Of a DNA stretch of 64,000 nt, positions 18,248-28,638 are shown piece by piece (positions within the stretch are counted from its first letter, which is position 1; each line of letters begins with the position of its first letter). A program made the translations under genes and the position numbers. Origin of the DNA: an uncultured Gemmatimonadales bacterium (lineage in GTDB: Bacteria > Gemmatimonadota > Gemmatimonadetes > Gemmatimonadales > GWC2-71-9). The stretch lies in NCBI GenBank assembly GCA_963695555.1, contig CAVOGR010000001.1, forward strand, positions 960,001-1,024,000, given 5' to 3'. The notes under the pieces are model-generated. The model did not search any database. It was not told the DNA's origin and worked only from the letters and a program-made list of their open reading frames with translations.

Positions 18248-20965
18248 ATGCCATTCCTGTCACAACGGATGAGGCGAGCGACCCCTATCCGCCAGGTAAT
18301 CGGGGCGGCCCGCCGGACCGTCCTGCCGGCCCTCGTGGCGCTCGTCTACGGCGTAGCCCAGGGCAGTGACCTCGCAGGGCAACAGACCCCCCAGGCGGCT
18401 CGAACCACGGCATCATCGAGAGAGGTCACCGCCACGCGCCTCAACGGAGCCAGAATCGAACTCGACGGGCACCTGGATGAGCCGATCTGGCAACAGGCAT
18501 CGTACACCAACGCCTTCATCCAGAAGGACCCGAACGAAGGGACTCCGGCGACCACCGATACCGAAGTCGGCTTCGTATTCGATGACAATGCGCTCTATAT
18601 CGGCGCCCGCATGCACAGCCTCGGCCGCGACGACATCCGCGCGGTGATGAGCCGCCGGGACAACGCGGGCAACTCGGAGCGGCTGCTCGTTTCGATCGAC
18701 AGCTACAACGATCGCCGGACCGCGTACACGTTGGGCATTACCGCCACCGGGGTCCGCATCGACTACTATCACGGCACCGACAGCGAACACAACCGCGACT
18801 ACAACTGGAATCCGGTGTGGCAGGCCCATACCCACGTCAGCGACTCGGGCTGGACTGCGGAAATGCGAATTCCGTTTTCCCAGCTTCGGTTTACCGATCG
18901 CGAACGGCAGGTGTGGGGCCTCAACATGAACCGCTATATCCCGAGCCGGAACGAGGACGTGTACTGGGTTCAGATCCCCAAGAACGAGACGGGCTGGTCG
19001 AGCCGCTTCGGCCGACTGACCGGCATCGATGGGGTCCAACCATCCCGGCGGCTCGAACTCATGCCCTACGTGGCGTCGGACGCCCGGCTGACGGGGCAGG
19101 GCGGCGGAGACAATCCCTTCGATGACGGGTTCAATTTTACCACGCGGGTCGGCGGCGACGTTCGCATGGGACTGGGGCCGAACCTGACGCTGGAGGCAAC
19201 GATCAATCCGGACTTCGGCCAGGTCGAGGCCGACCCGGCCGAGGTCAACCTGAGCGCGGTCGAGACCTTCTTCTCCGAACGGCGGCCATTCTTTACCGAG
19301 GGCAGCCAGCTGCTCGATGGCGACGGCGCCGACTTCTTCTATTCCCGCCGCATCGGCGCGGCGCCGCGTGGCAGGGCCAGCGGCGACTTCGTCGACCAGC
19401 CGCCGGCGGCCACGATTCTCAGCGCCGCCAAGATCACGGGCCGACTGGCCTCGGGGCTCTCAATCGCGACGTTGGCCGCGCTGACCGGCAATGAGTTCGC
19501 TGACACGTACGACGAAGCCGCCAATACGTTCGGTCGGACCAGGATCGCACCGCTCTCCGGGTACGGAGCACTCCGCGCCCAGCAAGAGTTCGGACCTTCA
19601 GCGTCTACCGTTGGGCTGAGCCTCACTGCCGTGTCCCGCGATATCAATGAAGAAAGCCCGCTCGCGGACCTGATGACCCGGCAAGCAGTGGCAGGCGGGG
19701 TGGATTGGAATCTCAGGTGGGATGGTGGGGCTTACGTGCTCGGGGGTTCCCTTGGCTTCAGCCACGTCGCGGGCGACTCCGAGGCCATTCTCCGCATCCA
19801 GCGCAACGGCGTCCACTTCTTCCAACGGCCCGATCAGGACCATGTGACCGTGGACCCCACGCGAACCTCGCTCACCGGCTTCGTTGCATCGCTCGAATTC
19901 GACAAGAACAGCGGCGAGCATTGGCTCTACGGGGTGGAGGCCTCGGCAGAATCTCCCGATTTCGAGATCAACGACGCCGGGAGGCTCGGGACGACCGATG
20001 ATATCGACGCGTTCGGGTTTCTGCGATACCGGGAAACCGCGCCCGGTCGGCTATTCCGCGAGTACAACGTCTCGCTCTACAATTTTGCCGGGTGGAACTT
20101 CGGTGGAATTCGGCAATACACCGGGTTCGACCTCGAGTCGAACCTGACCTTCCACAATTTTTGGCAGGCCCACTTGAGCGTGGAACTCCAGACCTCGGCC
20201 CTGAGTGACCGGTTGACCCGGGGCGGCCCGCTCATGAAGCGGACCACCGATGTGGGGATAAACGGCGGGGTGTCCAGCAGTTTCTCCTCCAACACGCAGT
20301 GGCGGACCTTCGTCAACTTTCTTTGGGATGACATCGGGGGCTGGTTCTACGCTCTTTCCGGCGAGGTGTTGTTCCGGCCCAGCAGCCGGTGGCAGTTCTC
20401 GGTCGAGCCCGAATACTTCCGGCTGCACGACACCCGTCAGTACGTGAGTCAGCGGGCCGGTGGAAGCGCCGCCACCTTCGGCACACGCTACATCTTCGGC
20501 ACCATCGATCAAAGCACCATCTCCGCGCAATTCCGCCTCAACTACACGGTGACGCCCGACCTGACCATCGAACTCTACGCCGAGCCGTTCGCCTCGAGCG
20601 GCCAGTACTCGGACATCGGCGAACTGGCCCGGGCGCGGACCAACGACCTCAGGCTGTATGGTACCGATGGCTCCACGATTACCGAGCTGGAGGACAGCGA
20701 AGGCAATCCCTATGTCCAGGTGACCGATGGATCCGACACCTTTGCGCTGGCGCCGAGTTTCAATGTCCTATCGTTCCGGAGCAATCTCGTGGTGCGGTGG
20801 GAATGGCGGCCCGGCAGCACGTTGTTCCTGGTGTGGCAGCAGAACCGAGCGGATTCCGGTGATCCGCGGAGGCGCGCCGGGCTCGGCTCCTTCTTCGACT
20901 CCTTCGGCGCCGAAGGCGAAAATTTCCTGGCGCTGAAGATCAGTTACTGGCTGCCGGTGCGGTAG
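18248..20965 (+). CDS. CBM9-like + DUF5916 outer-membrane protein
   Basis: LDGHLDE, WTAEMRIPFSQLRF, TINPDFGQVEAD, FSERRPFF, FYSRRIG; C-terminal KISYW; start uncertain. Confidence 0.8.
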   Translation: MPFLSQRMRRATPIRQVIGAARRTVLPALVALVYGVAQGSDLAGQQTPQAARTTASSREVTATRLNGARIELDGHLDEPIWQQASYTNAFIQKDPNEGTPATTDTEVGFVFDDNALYIGARMHSLGRDDIRAVMSRRDNAGNSERLLVSIDSYNDRRTAYTLGITATGVRIDYYHGTDSEHNRDYNWNPVWQAHTHVSDSGWTAEMRIPFSQLRFTDRERQVWGLNMNRYIPSRNEDVYWVQIPKNETGWSSRFGRLTGIDGVQPSRRLELMPYVASDARLTGQGGGDNPFDDGFNFTTRVGGDVRMGLGPNLTLEATINPDFGQVEADPAEVNLSAVETFFSERRPFFTEGSQLLDGDGADFFYSRRIGAAPRGRASGDFVDQPPAATILSAAKITGRLASGLSIATLAALTGNEFADTYDEAANTFGRTRIAPLSGYGALRAQQEFGPSASTVGLSLTAVSRDINEESPLADLMTRQAVAGGVDWNLRWDGGAYVLGGSLGFSHVAGDSEAILRIQRNGVHFFQRPDQDHVTVDPTRTSLTGFVASLEFDKNSGEHWLYGVEASAESPDFEINDAGRLGTTDDIDAFGFLRYRETAPGRLFREYNVSLYNFAGWNFGGIRQYTGFDLESNLTFHNFWQAHLSVELQTSALSDRLTRGGPLMKRTTDVGINGGVSSSFSSNTQWRTFVNFLWDDIGGWFYALSGEVLFRPSSRWQFSVEPEYFRLHDTRQYVSQRAGGSAATFGTRYIFGTIDQSTISAQFRLNYTVTPDLTIELYAEPFASSGQYSDIGELARARTNDLRLYGTDGSTITELEDSEGNPYVQVTDGSDTFALAPSFNVLSFRSNLVVRWEWRPGSTLFLVWQQNRADSGDPRRRAGLGSFFDSFGAEGENFLALKISYWLPVR

Positions 20966-20969
20966 CTGG

Positions 20970-23219
20970 TCAGGGGCCGCCGAGCTCGCGCCGGACGGCG
21001 CTCGCCACCGAATCGGCCTGGGCCGCGCCCGCCGAATCGCCCAGCTGGCGCAGGGTGGCCGCGAATCCGCCGTAAACGGCTTGATAGAGCTGCAAGATCG
21101 ACCCCGAGGGTGGATCCATCCATCCGCGGGGTCGTTCGCGCGCGGCCGACTGGTAGTGGTACACGGTCCAGAGCAGCTCGTAGGTGCGGGGCACGTCCAT
21201 GAACCCGAGACCCTGGCTCCAGACCACCGAGTCGCTGGGCACCACTCGGGTCGGCATGAGCTTTCGCACCAGTCCCTGGGTCACGAGGTACGGCGTGAGG
21301 GTAAAGGTCTGATCGGGGTATCCCGCCGCACTCCACGAAAAAAAGATCGGCCGTTGGTCGAGGTTGTCCCGGATCAGCGCCAGCATCGCGAGGTCGCGCT
21401 TCTCGAAGTAATCCTCGCCGAACTGGATGCGGACGCTGTCGAATTGAATCACGTTCCCGCGTTGAACGGGGAGAAGGAGCGGGAGACTATCGAGCTGTTG
21501 CTCGCTCATGCTGAACACCGGACGCGTCGGCTGGGTCCACGACCGGTTCCGCCACAGAGGGACCGAGCGGTCAGGGTCGAAGGGCACCTCCGGGCGCCGC
21601 CGCAGCTGCCGCAGGTGCCACTCGGTATTCATGAGGGAAAGATTGGCGAGCGTCACATCGCGGCGGACGCCCTCGACCTCCTGGGCATACCAGAGAGGGA
21701 AGGTGTCGTTGTCGCCGGCCGTCACGAGGATGCCGTAGGGCTCAACCGATTCCAGCAAATCGATGGCCACGTCGCGCGGCAGCGTCTCATGCGCCCGGCT
21801 GGCCGTGAAGCGATTGCCGAGCAGGGGCACGATCGCGAACAAGAGGATCGGGCTCGCGGCGAGCCAGCGGGTGCGCTCCGCCAGGCGCGATTCCAGGAAC
21901 CCGGCGATGCTCCGGAGCGCCGCGCCGAAGCCCAGCGCCACCAGCACACCGAAATACGCGAACGAACCAACGAAGAAGTAGTCTCGTTCGCGGACCTCAC
22001 GCACCAAGTCGGCGCGGTCCGGATAGATGGAGAACCCGTATTTGAAATTGAGATAGAAGATGAGCGCGAGGGTCAGCGTGCCGAACATGGCGGCCGCGGC
22101 CAAGCCGGCACGGCGGTCCCGGCGCAGCAGGCTGACGAGTCCTCCGAGCCCCAGGAACGTGAAGAGCGCGGTCACGACGCGGGCGACGCTGCCCCAGTCC
22201 CGCGCGAACTGCCAGGAGAAGTACTGGCCGTAGTTGGCCAGCTGAGCCACGAAGTCCGCCTGCCGGAGGAAGACCGACGGCTTGGCATACTGCTCTCGGT
22301 TGAGGACGGCCAGCAGACTCGACCATGTCGTTGGCTCGCCTTCATTGATCGGGGGGAACTGCCCGGCGCGGATCGGGAGGTAGAGGTAGTTGAGCGATAC
22401 GCCGATAATGACGGCGGCGAGACCTACGTACAGAAGGGGTCGCTTGAAGTCTCCGGGCGCGCGCCAGACGGCATACCCCACTGCGACCGGTACGGTCCAC
22501 ACGAGTGCGCCCCACTGACTCGGCGGTTGCCCGACCACAGTGGCCCACTGACCCGTCAGGGCGAGCGCTAAGGCGACGGCCATGAGCACAACCCACGGCT
22601 CGGTCGCCGCGCGCCAATCGGTCCAGAGCACGTAGACCGCCACGGCCGGCACGGCGAGGACGCCCATCATGTGGTTGGTGGAGGATAGGGCGATGATATA
22701 GGCGATCAACACCAACCAGCGATTCCGGTGGGGTCCCGGCGTGTCGTCTCCCCAGTGGACCGCGAGCCAGATGACGAGCGCCATCGAAAACAACGACAGC
22801 GTGTACACCTTCTCGTTCACGGTGGACTGGTTCCAGACCGTCCAGGAGGTCGAGGCGACGAGCGTGCCCGCGGCGGCCGCGGCGAGCCGCGCCCAGCGGA
22901 CCGGCACGATCTCGCGCAGCCAGCGCTCGGCGACGAGGAACCACAGCCCGGCCGCCGCGGCGCTGGTGACGGCGGCGAACAGATTGATACGGACCGCGTA
23001 GGCCTCGGCAAGGGGCAGCAGTCCGAAGACGTGGGCGGTCAGTGTAAAGAGCGGGTTTCCCGGCGGATGGGGAATGCCCAGCACGGCCGCGGCGGCGATG
23101 TACTCGCTCGTGTCCCAGAACGCGGTTGTCGGGGCCAAGGAGGCCAAGTAGATGGCGAAGATGGCCAGCGCCATGCCGACGGCCCACCCGTAGGGAGGGA
23201 ATGGCTTCGGGTCGTTCAC
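20970..23219 (-). CDS. DUF2723 family membrane glycosyltransferase-like protein (TMEM260-like)
   Basis: [43 protein letters not shown]. Confidence 0.85.
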   Translation of the reverse strand: MNDPKPFPPYGWAVGMALAIFAIYLASLAPTTAFWDTSEYIAAAAVLGIPHPPGNPLFTLTAHVFGLLPLAEAYAVRINLFAAVTSAAAAGLWFLVAERWLREIVPVRWARLAAAAAGTLVASTSWTVWNQSTVNEKVYTLSLFSMALVIWLAVHWGDDTPGPHRNRWLVLIAYIIALSSTNHMMGVLAVPAVAVYVLWTDWRAATEPWVVLMAVALALALTGQWATVVGQPPSQWGALVWTVPVAVGYAVWRAPGDFKRPLLYVGLAAVIIGVSLNYLYLPIRAGQFPPINEGEPTTWSSLLAVLNREQYAKPSVFLRQADFVAQLANYGQYFSWQFARDWGSVARVVTALFTFLGLGGLVSLLRRDRRAGLAAAAMFGTLTLALIFYLNFKYGFSIYPDRADLVREVRERDYFFVGSFAYFGVLVALGFGAALRSIAGFLESRLAERTRWLAASPILLFAIVPLLGNRFTASRAHETLPRDVAIDLLESVEPYGILVTAGDNDTFPLWYAQEVEGVRRDVTLANLSLMNTEWHLRQLRRRPEVPFDPDRSVPLWRNRSWTQPTRPVFSMSEQQLDSLPLLLPVQRGNVIQFDSVRIQFGEDYFEKRDLAMLALIRDNLDQRPIFFSWSAAGYPDQTFTLTPYLVTQGLVRKLMPTRVVPSDSVVWSQGLGFMDVPRTYELLWTVYHYQSAARERPRGWMDPPSGSILQLYQAVYGGFAATLRQLGDSAGAAQADSVASAVRRELGGP

Positions 23220-23229
23220 GGCGCGACCG

Positions 23230-24759
23230 TCAATGGCGGAACTGGCGCTGGCCGGTGACGATCATGGCCATGCCGTTGTCGTTTGCCGCCGCCACCACTT
23301 CGGCGTCCCGGATGGAGCCCCCCGGCTGAATGATGGCCGTGACACCGGCTTTCGCGGCCTCCACAACGCTATCGGCAAAGGGAAAGAAGCCATCGGAGGC
23401 CAGGACGCTGCCGGCGACGTCGTGGTGCTGCTGCTGCGCCTTGTAAATGGCGAGGTAGGTCGCGTCCACCCGGCTCATTTGACCGGCGCCGATCCCGATC
23501 GCCATCTCGTTCTTGGCCAGCAGGACCCCGTTGGACTTGACCGGTGCCACGGCCGCCCAGGCAAATCGGATGTCGTTCCATTCCTGGTCGGTGGGCTCGC
23601 GGGTGGTGGCAATGCGCCAGTTGTCCTCGCTCGGGTCGAAAATGAACCGATCCTGAACCAGAAAGCCGCCACGCACCTGCTTCGCGTCCAATCCCCGCTC
23701 GCCCCGGCTCACTGGGAGCTCCACGACCCGGAGGTTCTTCTTGGTCGCCAAGATTTCGACCGCGTCCTCATGGAAAGAGGGTGCGCAGACGACCTCGAGG
23801 AACAGCTCGGTCATGGCTGCCGCGGCTCCCCGATCGACCACGGTGTTGAATGCGGCTACGCCGCCGAAGGCGGATTGTGGATCGGTCGCCAAGGCTCTGC
23901 GAAAGGCGTCCTCCGAGGTCGTTCCCAGCGCCACGCCGCACGGGGTGGTGTGCTTCACGATCACGCAGGCTGGCCGGACCGCCCAAGAGGACGCGGCCCA
24001 CGCCGCGCCGTCGAGGTCGAGCAGGTTGTTGAACGACAGTTCCTTGCCGTGGAGTTGACTCATGTCCCGAATGCCGCGGGGCTCCTCCGACGCATAGAGC
24101 GCGGCACGCTGGCCCGGGTTCTCGCCGTATCGCAGCAACATCATCCGTTCGAAGGCGCCGACCAATCGACTGGGCAGACCATCTGACTCTACGGGCAGGA
24201 ATCGGGCGATGGCCGAATCGTAGTCGGACGTGTGGGCGAAGACCTTGGCGGCGAGTTCCCGACGGAAATTTTGGGGTACATCGCCTTGCTTGAGCATGGC
24301 GAGCACTTTGGTGTAGTCCTGCGGATCCACCACGGGGATCACGAACTCGTGATTCTTCGCCGCGGAGCGAAGCATGCTCGGCCCGCCGATGTCGATGTTC
24401 TCCAAGGCATCCTCGAACGGGACGTCGGGCTTGGCGATCGTTGCTTGAAAGGGATAGAGATTGACGGCCACGAGATCGATGGGCGTGATCGCATGCTGTT
24501 CGAGGGTCAGCGCGTGCTCGTGGAGATCGCGGCGAGCCAAGAGTGCAGCGTGGATCGAAGGGTGAAGCGTCTTGACCCGGCCGTCCAGAATCTCCGGATA
24601 GCCTGTGACGTCGTCCACGAAGGTCACCGGCACGTCGCCCGCGAGGAGGGCAGCGCCGGTTCCGCCGGTCGAGATGATCTCCCAGCCCAGATCGACGAGG
24701 CCACGAGCAAACTGGACGATCCCACGCTTGTCGCTGACGGAAATGAGTGCACGCGGCAT
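23230..24759 (-). CDS. purH: Bifunctional AICAR transformylase/IMP cyclohydrolase
   Basis: [54 protein letters not shown]. Confidence 0.96.
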   Translation of the reverse strand: MPRALISVSDKRGIVQFARGLVDLGWEIISTGGTGAALLAGDVPVTFVDDVTGYPEILDGRVKTLHPSIHAALLARRDLHEHALTLEQHAITPIDLVAVNLYPFQATIAKPDVPFEDALENIDIGGPSMLRSAAKNHEFVIPVVDPQDYTKVLAMLKQGDVPQNFRRELAAKVFAHTSDYDSAIARFLPVESDGLPSRLVGAFERMMLLRYGENPGQRAALYASEEPRGIRDMSQLHGKELSFNNLLDLDGAAWAASSWAVRPACVIVKHTTPCGVALGTTSEDAFRRALATDPQSAFGGVAAFNTVVDRGAAAAMTELFLEVVCAPSFHEDAVEILATKKNLRVVELPVSRGERGLDAKQVRGGFLVQDRFIFDPSEDNWRIATTREPTDQEWNDIRFAWAAVAPVKSNGVLLAKNEMAIGIGAGQMSRVDATYLAIYKAQQQHHDVAGSVLASDGFFPFADSVVEAAKAGVTAIIQPGGSIRDAEVVAAANDNGMAMIVTGQRQFRH

Positions 24760-24770
24760 TTTGCGTTCGC

Positions 24771-25376
24771 CTACGGCTGCGGGTTCACTGGCTCGGTGAG
24801 CGGGACCGGCCGGCCGGCCCGGGCGGCGGCCAACACGACGGCCGGCAGCAAGCGGTGCTCCTGGTCGAGGACCCGTCGCGCCAGCGAATCCGGCGTGTCG
24901 TCGGATTCGACGGAAACCCGCGCCTGGGCCAACACGGTTCCATGGTCGAACTCTTCGTCCACGAGATGCACGGTGGCACCGGACTCGGCATCTCCACTCG
25001 CCAGCACCGCCTCATGGACTCGCCGGCCATACATCCCGTGACCTCCGAACTTCGGCAAGAGCGCCGGGTGGATGTTGATGATGCGGCCGGCATACGCTGC
25101 CACGACGGGCGCTGGGACCAACTTCAGGTACCCCGCCAGGACCACGAGGTCGATCGCTCGACGGCCGAGTCGATCCAGCCATTCCGCCGCGGCGCTTGGC
25201 TGGTCGAGAACCTCTGCGGCAACGCCGGCTGCGCGCGCGCGGTCGAGTGCGCGGGCGTCAGCGCGGTCGCTCAACACCAATACCACGGCGGCCGGGTTAT
25301 CAGGCCCCAATCGGTCGAGCAGCGCTTGCAGGTTGCTGCCGCCGCCCGACGCGCACACCGCTATCCGGTACGACAT
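24771..25376 (-). CDS. purN: Phosphoribosylglycinamide formyltransferase
   Basis: SGGGSNLQA, LAGYL, NIHPALLP, SGATVH, DHG. Confidence 0.95.
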   Translation of the reverse strand: MSYRIAVCASGGGSNLQALLDRLGPDNPAAVVLVLSDRADARALDRARAAGVAAEVLDQPSAAAEWLDRLGRRAIDLVVLAGYLKLVPAPVVAAYAGRIINIHPALLPKFGGHGMYGRRVHEAVLASGDAESGATVHLVDEEFDHGTVLAQARVSVESDDTPDSLARRVLDQEHRLLPAVVLAAARAGRPVPLTEPVNPQP

Positions 25377-25433
25377 CGCCGGGAAAGGTACAGGGACCCA
25401 GCGTGCCGGAGAAGGACGCCGCCCAAGTACCGC

Positions 25434-25991
25434 CTAGTCATGTTCGGCCAGGTGCGCGAGGATGGCATCCGTTGCCGCTCGGATGTCGGAGGCAGTCTCA
25501 AATCCGCTCGCCTCCGCGGCGGCGAGGAGGGCGTCGTTCGAACCGAGGATGAGAATGCCCTGGCCACCGAGCACCCGGGCCGGCTCCACATCGGTGAGTC
25601 GGTCCCCGACCCACCAGCAGCGCGCAAAATCAAGGTCGAAGCGCTGGGCCGCTTCGTGGTACAGATCGGTGCCCGGTTTGCGGCAACCGCATTGGCCGGT
25701 CACGGTTGGGGCGTGAGGGCAATGCAGTGACGCGGCGATCCGTCCGCCGTCACCGGACAACACAGTCTCCACCTTGGTGCGAACGGCGTGATACTGGTCT
25801 TCCGAAATGAGTCTGCGGCCGATGCCCGATTGATTGGTGACGATGATAGGCAGGAGGCCGGCCTGAGTGAGGCGGGCTATCGCCTGCGCGGCCCCGGGCA
25901 GGGGCCGCACGAGCGCTGGGTCGGCCAAGAACCCCGGATCGTCGATGAGGGTACCGTCGCGATCCAGGAAGACCGCCGCGCCCGCGCTCAT
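25434..25991 (-). CDS. gmhB: HAD-IIIA phosphatase, D,D-heptose-1,7-bisphosphate phosphatase-like
   Basis: FLDRDGTL, VTNQSGIGR, CPH...CGCRKP, VGDRLTD. Confidence 0.8.
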   Translation of the reverse strand: MSAGAAVFLDRDGTLIDDPGFLADPALVRPLPGAAQAIARLTQAGLLPIIVTNQSGIGRRLISEDQYHAVRTKVETVLSGDGGRIAASLHCPHAPTVTGQCGCRKPGTDLYHEAAQRFDLDFARCWWVGDRLTDVEPARVLGGQGILILGSNDALLAAAEASGFETASDIRAATDAILAHLAEHD

Positions 25992-27355
25992 ACTTCCAAT
26001 GCTCGGGCCAACGCGGCGCCGACTTCGGTGAATGACTCGACGGGCAACGTGCGGGGATCGAGTACGATACAGTCGTCGACCACCCGCGGCACGATGGCCG
26101 GCGTGCCAAGACGGAGCGCGCGCGCAAAACGGGTGGCGGCTCCCGGTCCGGGATCGAGGACCACGAGGCTGGTCGGGAGTGAAGCGCCAGCGAACGCGCC
26201 GCCGCCGACCACGGACTCTCCGGGCTGGACCGTCGGGTGGAGCGATTTGGGGCATACATCCGACAGGGCAAGCGCTCGACCCTCGAGGGTGTCCGCATCG
26301 AGCGTGAGCATCCGGAGGACCGGAATCTCTCCAATGGCCGATTCAAAGTCGCGGTAGAGGGCCAGCGTGGCCTCGAGTCCGGCCAGCGTCGATTTGTCGG
26401 CACGGAGGGCGCGAGCAAGCGGATTCCTCTGGCAGCGATCGATCAACGTTTGCCGCCCGACCAGGCACCCGGCCTGCGGTCCGCCGAGTAACTTGTCACC
26501 GCTGAACATCACGAGATCGGCTCCAACGGCCACAGCATCTTGCACCCTGGGCTCGTGGTGCAACCCCCAGGGTGTGAGGTCGGCAAGAAGACCGCTTCCG
26601 ACGTCGTACAGGTAAGGCAAGCCGGCCTCGTGGGCGAGTTGCGCCAAGTCGGCTGGGGCCGGAGACGAGACGAATCCTTGTTGGGCAAAATTGGATTGGT
26701 GGACGGTGAGAATCGCACCGGTGGCGTCGCTGAGCGCGTCGCGGTAGTCCCCGAGATGGGTGCGATTGGTGGTCCCGACTTCGCGAAGCCGGGCTCCGCT
26801 CTTCCTGAGGATGTCTGGAATCCGAAAGCTGCCACCGATCTCGATGAGCTCCCCCCGTGACAGGAGGACGTCGCGGCCGGCTGCGATCTCATTGAGCCCG
26901 AGGACCAGTGCCCCCGCGGCGTTATTCACAACCAGGCCCGCTTCTGCCCCACTGGCTTCAGCCAACAGGGTTCGACAGTGGGTGCTGCGGCTCCCGCGCG
27001 AGCCGCTCTCCAGATCGAACTCCAGCGTGGAATAGCCCGCGCACACCCGTGCCATGGCGTCGATCGCGCCGGGCGCCAGTGGGGCACGGCCGAGATTGGT
27101 GTGCAGCACGACTCCCGTGGCGTTGTAGACCGGGCCCAGCGAGGGGGCGGTACGGTGGAGCACCCGGCCGCGAATGTCGTCGGCCCAACTCACCGGTTCC
27201 GGACCGCCTCGGCGACGGGCCTCGTCCACCGCCTCGCGAACGGCGGCTACGACCACGCTCCTCGGCGCCGAAGCCAGCAACGGCTGGAGCGATGGTTCCC
27301 GGAGCAACCCGTCCACCGACGGGAGGCGCCGCCGAGGGTCGTCGTCGGCTGTCAT
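25988..27355 (-). CDS. selA: L-seryl-tRNA(Sec) selenium transferase
   Basis: NATGVVLHTNLGRAP, VNNAAGA, SRGELIEIGGSFRIPD, EVGTTNRT, FSGDKLLGGPQAG, RALRADK. Confidence 0.93.
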   Translation of the reverse strand: MTADDDPRRRLPSVDGLLREPSLQPLLASAPRSVVVAAVREAVDEARRRGGPEPVSWADDIRGRVLHRTAPSLGPVYNATGVVLHTNLGRAPLAPGAIDAMARVCAGYSTLEFDLESGSRGSRSTHCRTLLAEASGAEAGLVVNNAAGALVLGLNEIAAGRDVLLSRGELIEIGGSFRIPDILRKSGARLREVGTTNRTHLGDYRDALSDATGAILTVHQSNFAQQGFVSSPAPADLAQLAHEAGLPYLYDVGSGLLADLTPWGLHHEPRVQDAVAVGADLVMFSGDKLLGGPQAGCLVGRQTLIDRCQRNPLARALRADKSTLAGLEATLALYRDFESAIGEIPVLRMLTLDADTLEGRALALSDVCPKSLHPTVQPGESVVGGGAFAGASLPTSLVVLDPGPGAATRFARALRLGTPAIVPRVVDDCIVLDPRTLPVESFTEVGAALARALEV

Positions 27356-28638
27356 GCCCCGGAATCCGGCTGGGCCGGGGGCAGGGAATCACCCGGCGGC
27401 GCCGGCGCCGGGGCGAGCGAGTCGGGCTGGGCCGGAGGAGTGGGAGGTGGTTCCGGCACTTGAAGGCCAGCCGACGCGTCGGCCGCGACGCCATTCACGT
27501 TTCGTACGCCAAGCATTTCAATCATATAGGCGCCACCCGGGATCCACGGGGTGGTTACTCGCAGCACCAGTCGATCGGACAGCGCAGGCCGCGACTCGGT
27601 GCGCCGCGGCGTCGGCGTCGGCGTGGGTGCCAGTGGCGGGCCGGCCGCGCTGTCCGCGGCTTCGAGCGTATCCACTGCTGCGAGCGTATCTACTGCTGCC
27701 AGCGTATCTACTGCTGCCAGCGTATCCACTGCCGCTTGTGCTCGGGTGACGCTGTCGTCCTCGGCCGGAGTCCGAATAGCGGTCACGCCGATCGCGGTCG
27801 AATCCGGCATCCGCCAGACCCGAGCCGCCGTCGTGTCGTAGCGCGCGGCGGGGTCCAGAAACTGGGAAAACGTGATCGTGGCGCTCAGGCTGTCGCGCAC
27901 TGCGATGCTCTGCATCCGCGGACCGATCGTGTCGTGGGGGAACGTCCAGATTTCTCCCACGTCGGTCTGGCCGGGTCCCACGCGAACAGTGTCGAACGCC
28001 TCGCGCGGATCGCGCCGCTGGTTCCGATTCCCATCCAGCACGCCCACGACCACGTAGTCCCCGTCGGGCAGCGGATCGAGAACAAACGCGCCGGTTGAAT
28101 CGCTGAGGCTCCGGTATGCGAGGCGGTCGGGCAGCAATTCTGCCTGCACCAGCGCCCGTGGCGCGGCCTGGCCGCGGGTCCAATCGAGCACGCGTCCCAC
28201 GAGACGGTGCTGGGGCGCGGCAGCTCCGGTGGTGAAGGTGATGACCACGGACGTATCGGATCGGTTGCGTCGCAGGTCGACGATGCCCGGCAGGAGCTCG
28301 ACTCGGTAGACCCGATTCGGCTGCCATCCCTCCTTCGGCTTGACCGTGATCCGGCTCCGCTTCCAGGCAACGCGTGGAACCTCGTCCGAGGGCGACAGGA
28401 TGATGAGACGCTCGAGGTCTCCGGTGCCGAGCCCTTGATTCGGGCTCGTTCCCTCGGAGATGACCTCATCGAAGAGGAACTCGGCAGCGTCGTCGAAGCC
28501 GGGCAGCACTCTCAGTGAGTCTGGGCGCACGGTTACGACGCGTGGAGGTTGGAAATCGGATGGGCCGCCTGGCGGCGGCTCCATCTTGGCGCAGGCGAGG
28601 AGCAAGAGCAGGGTTGCGCCGACGGCCCGTGAGGTCAT
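27352..28638 (-). CDS. Ig-like (Big_5) domain lipoprotein
   Basis: LLLLLAC lipobox, PPPGGPSDFQPP, FDE, DLRRN, DGNRN; ATGA overlaps on both sides. Confidence 0.75.
   Translation of the reverse strand: MTSRAVGATLLLLLACAKMEPPPGGPSDFQPPRVVTVRPDSLRVLPGFDDAAEFLFDEVISEGTSPNQGLGTGDLERLIILSPSDEVPRVAWKRSRITVKPKEGWQPNRVYRVELLPGIVDLRRNRSDTSVVITFTTGAAAPQHRLVGRVLDWTRGQAAPRALVQAELLPDRLAYRSLSDSTGAFVLDPLPDGDYVVVGVLDGNRNQRRDPREAFDTVRVGPGQTDVGEIWTFPHDTIGPRMQSIAVRDSLSATITFSQFLDPAARYDTTAARVWRMPDSTAIGVTAIRTPAEDDSVTRAQAAVDTLAAVDTLAAVDTLAAVDTLEAADSAAGPPLAPTPTPTPRRTESRPALSDRLVLRVTTPWIPGGAYMIEMLGVRNVNGVAADASAGLQVPEPPPTPPAQPDSLAPAPAPPGDSLPPAQPDSGA
27664..27735. repeat. 18-bp tandem repeat x4 encoding (AAVDTL)4
   Basis: Units gagcgtatccactgctgc / gagcgtatctactgctgc / cagcgtatctactgctgc / cagcgtatccactgccgc. 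Confidence 0.9.

Noticed and set aside
27664..27735. CRISPR array (also considered for 51487-51945)
   Set aside because: These are in-frame coding repeats without unique spacers, and there are no cas genes.
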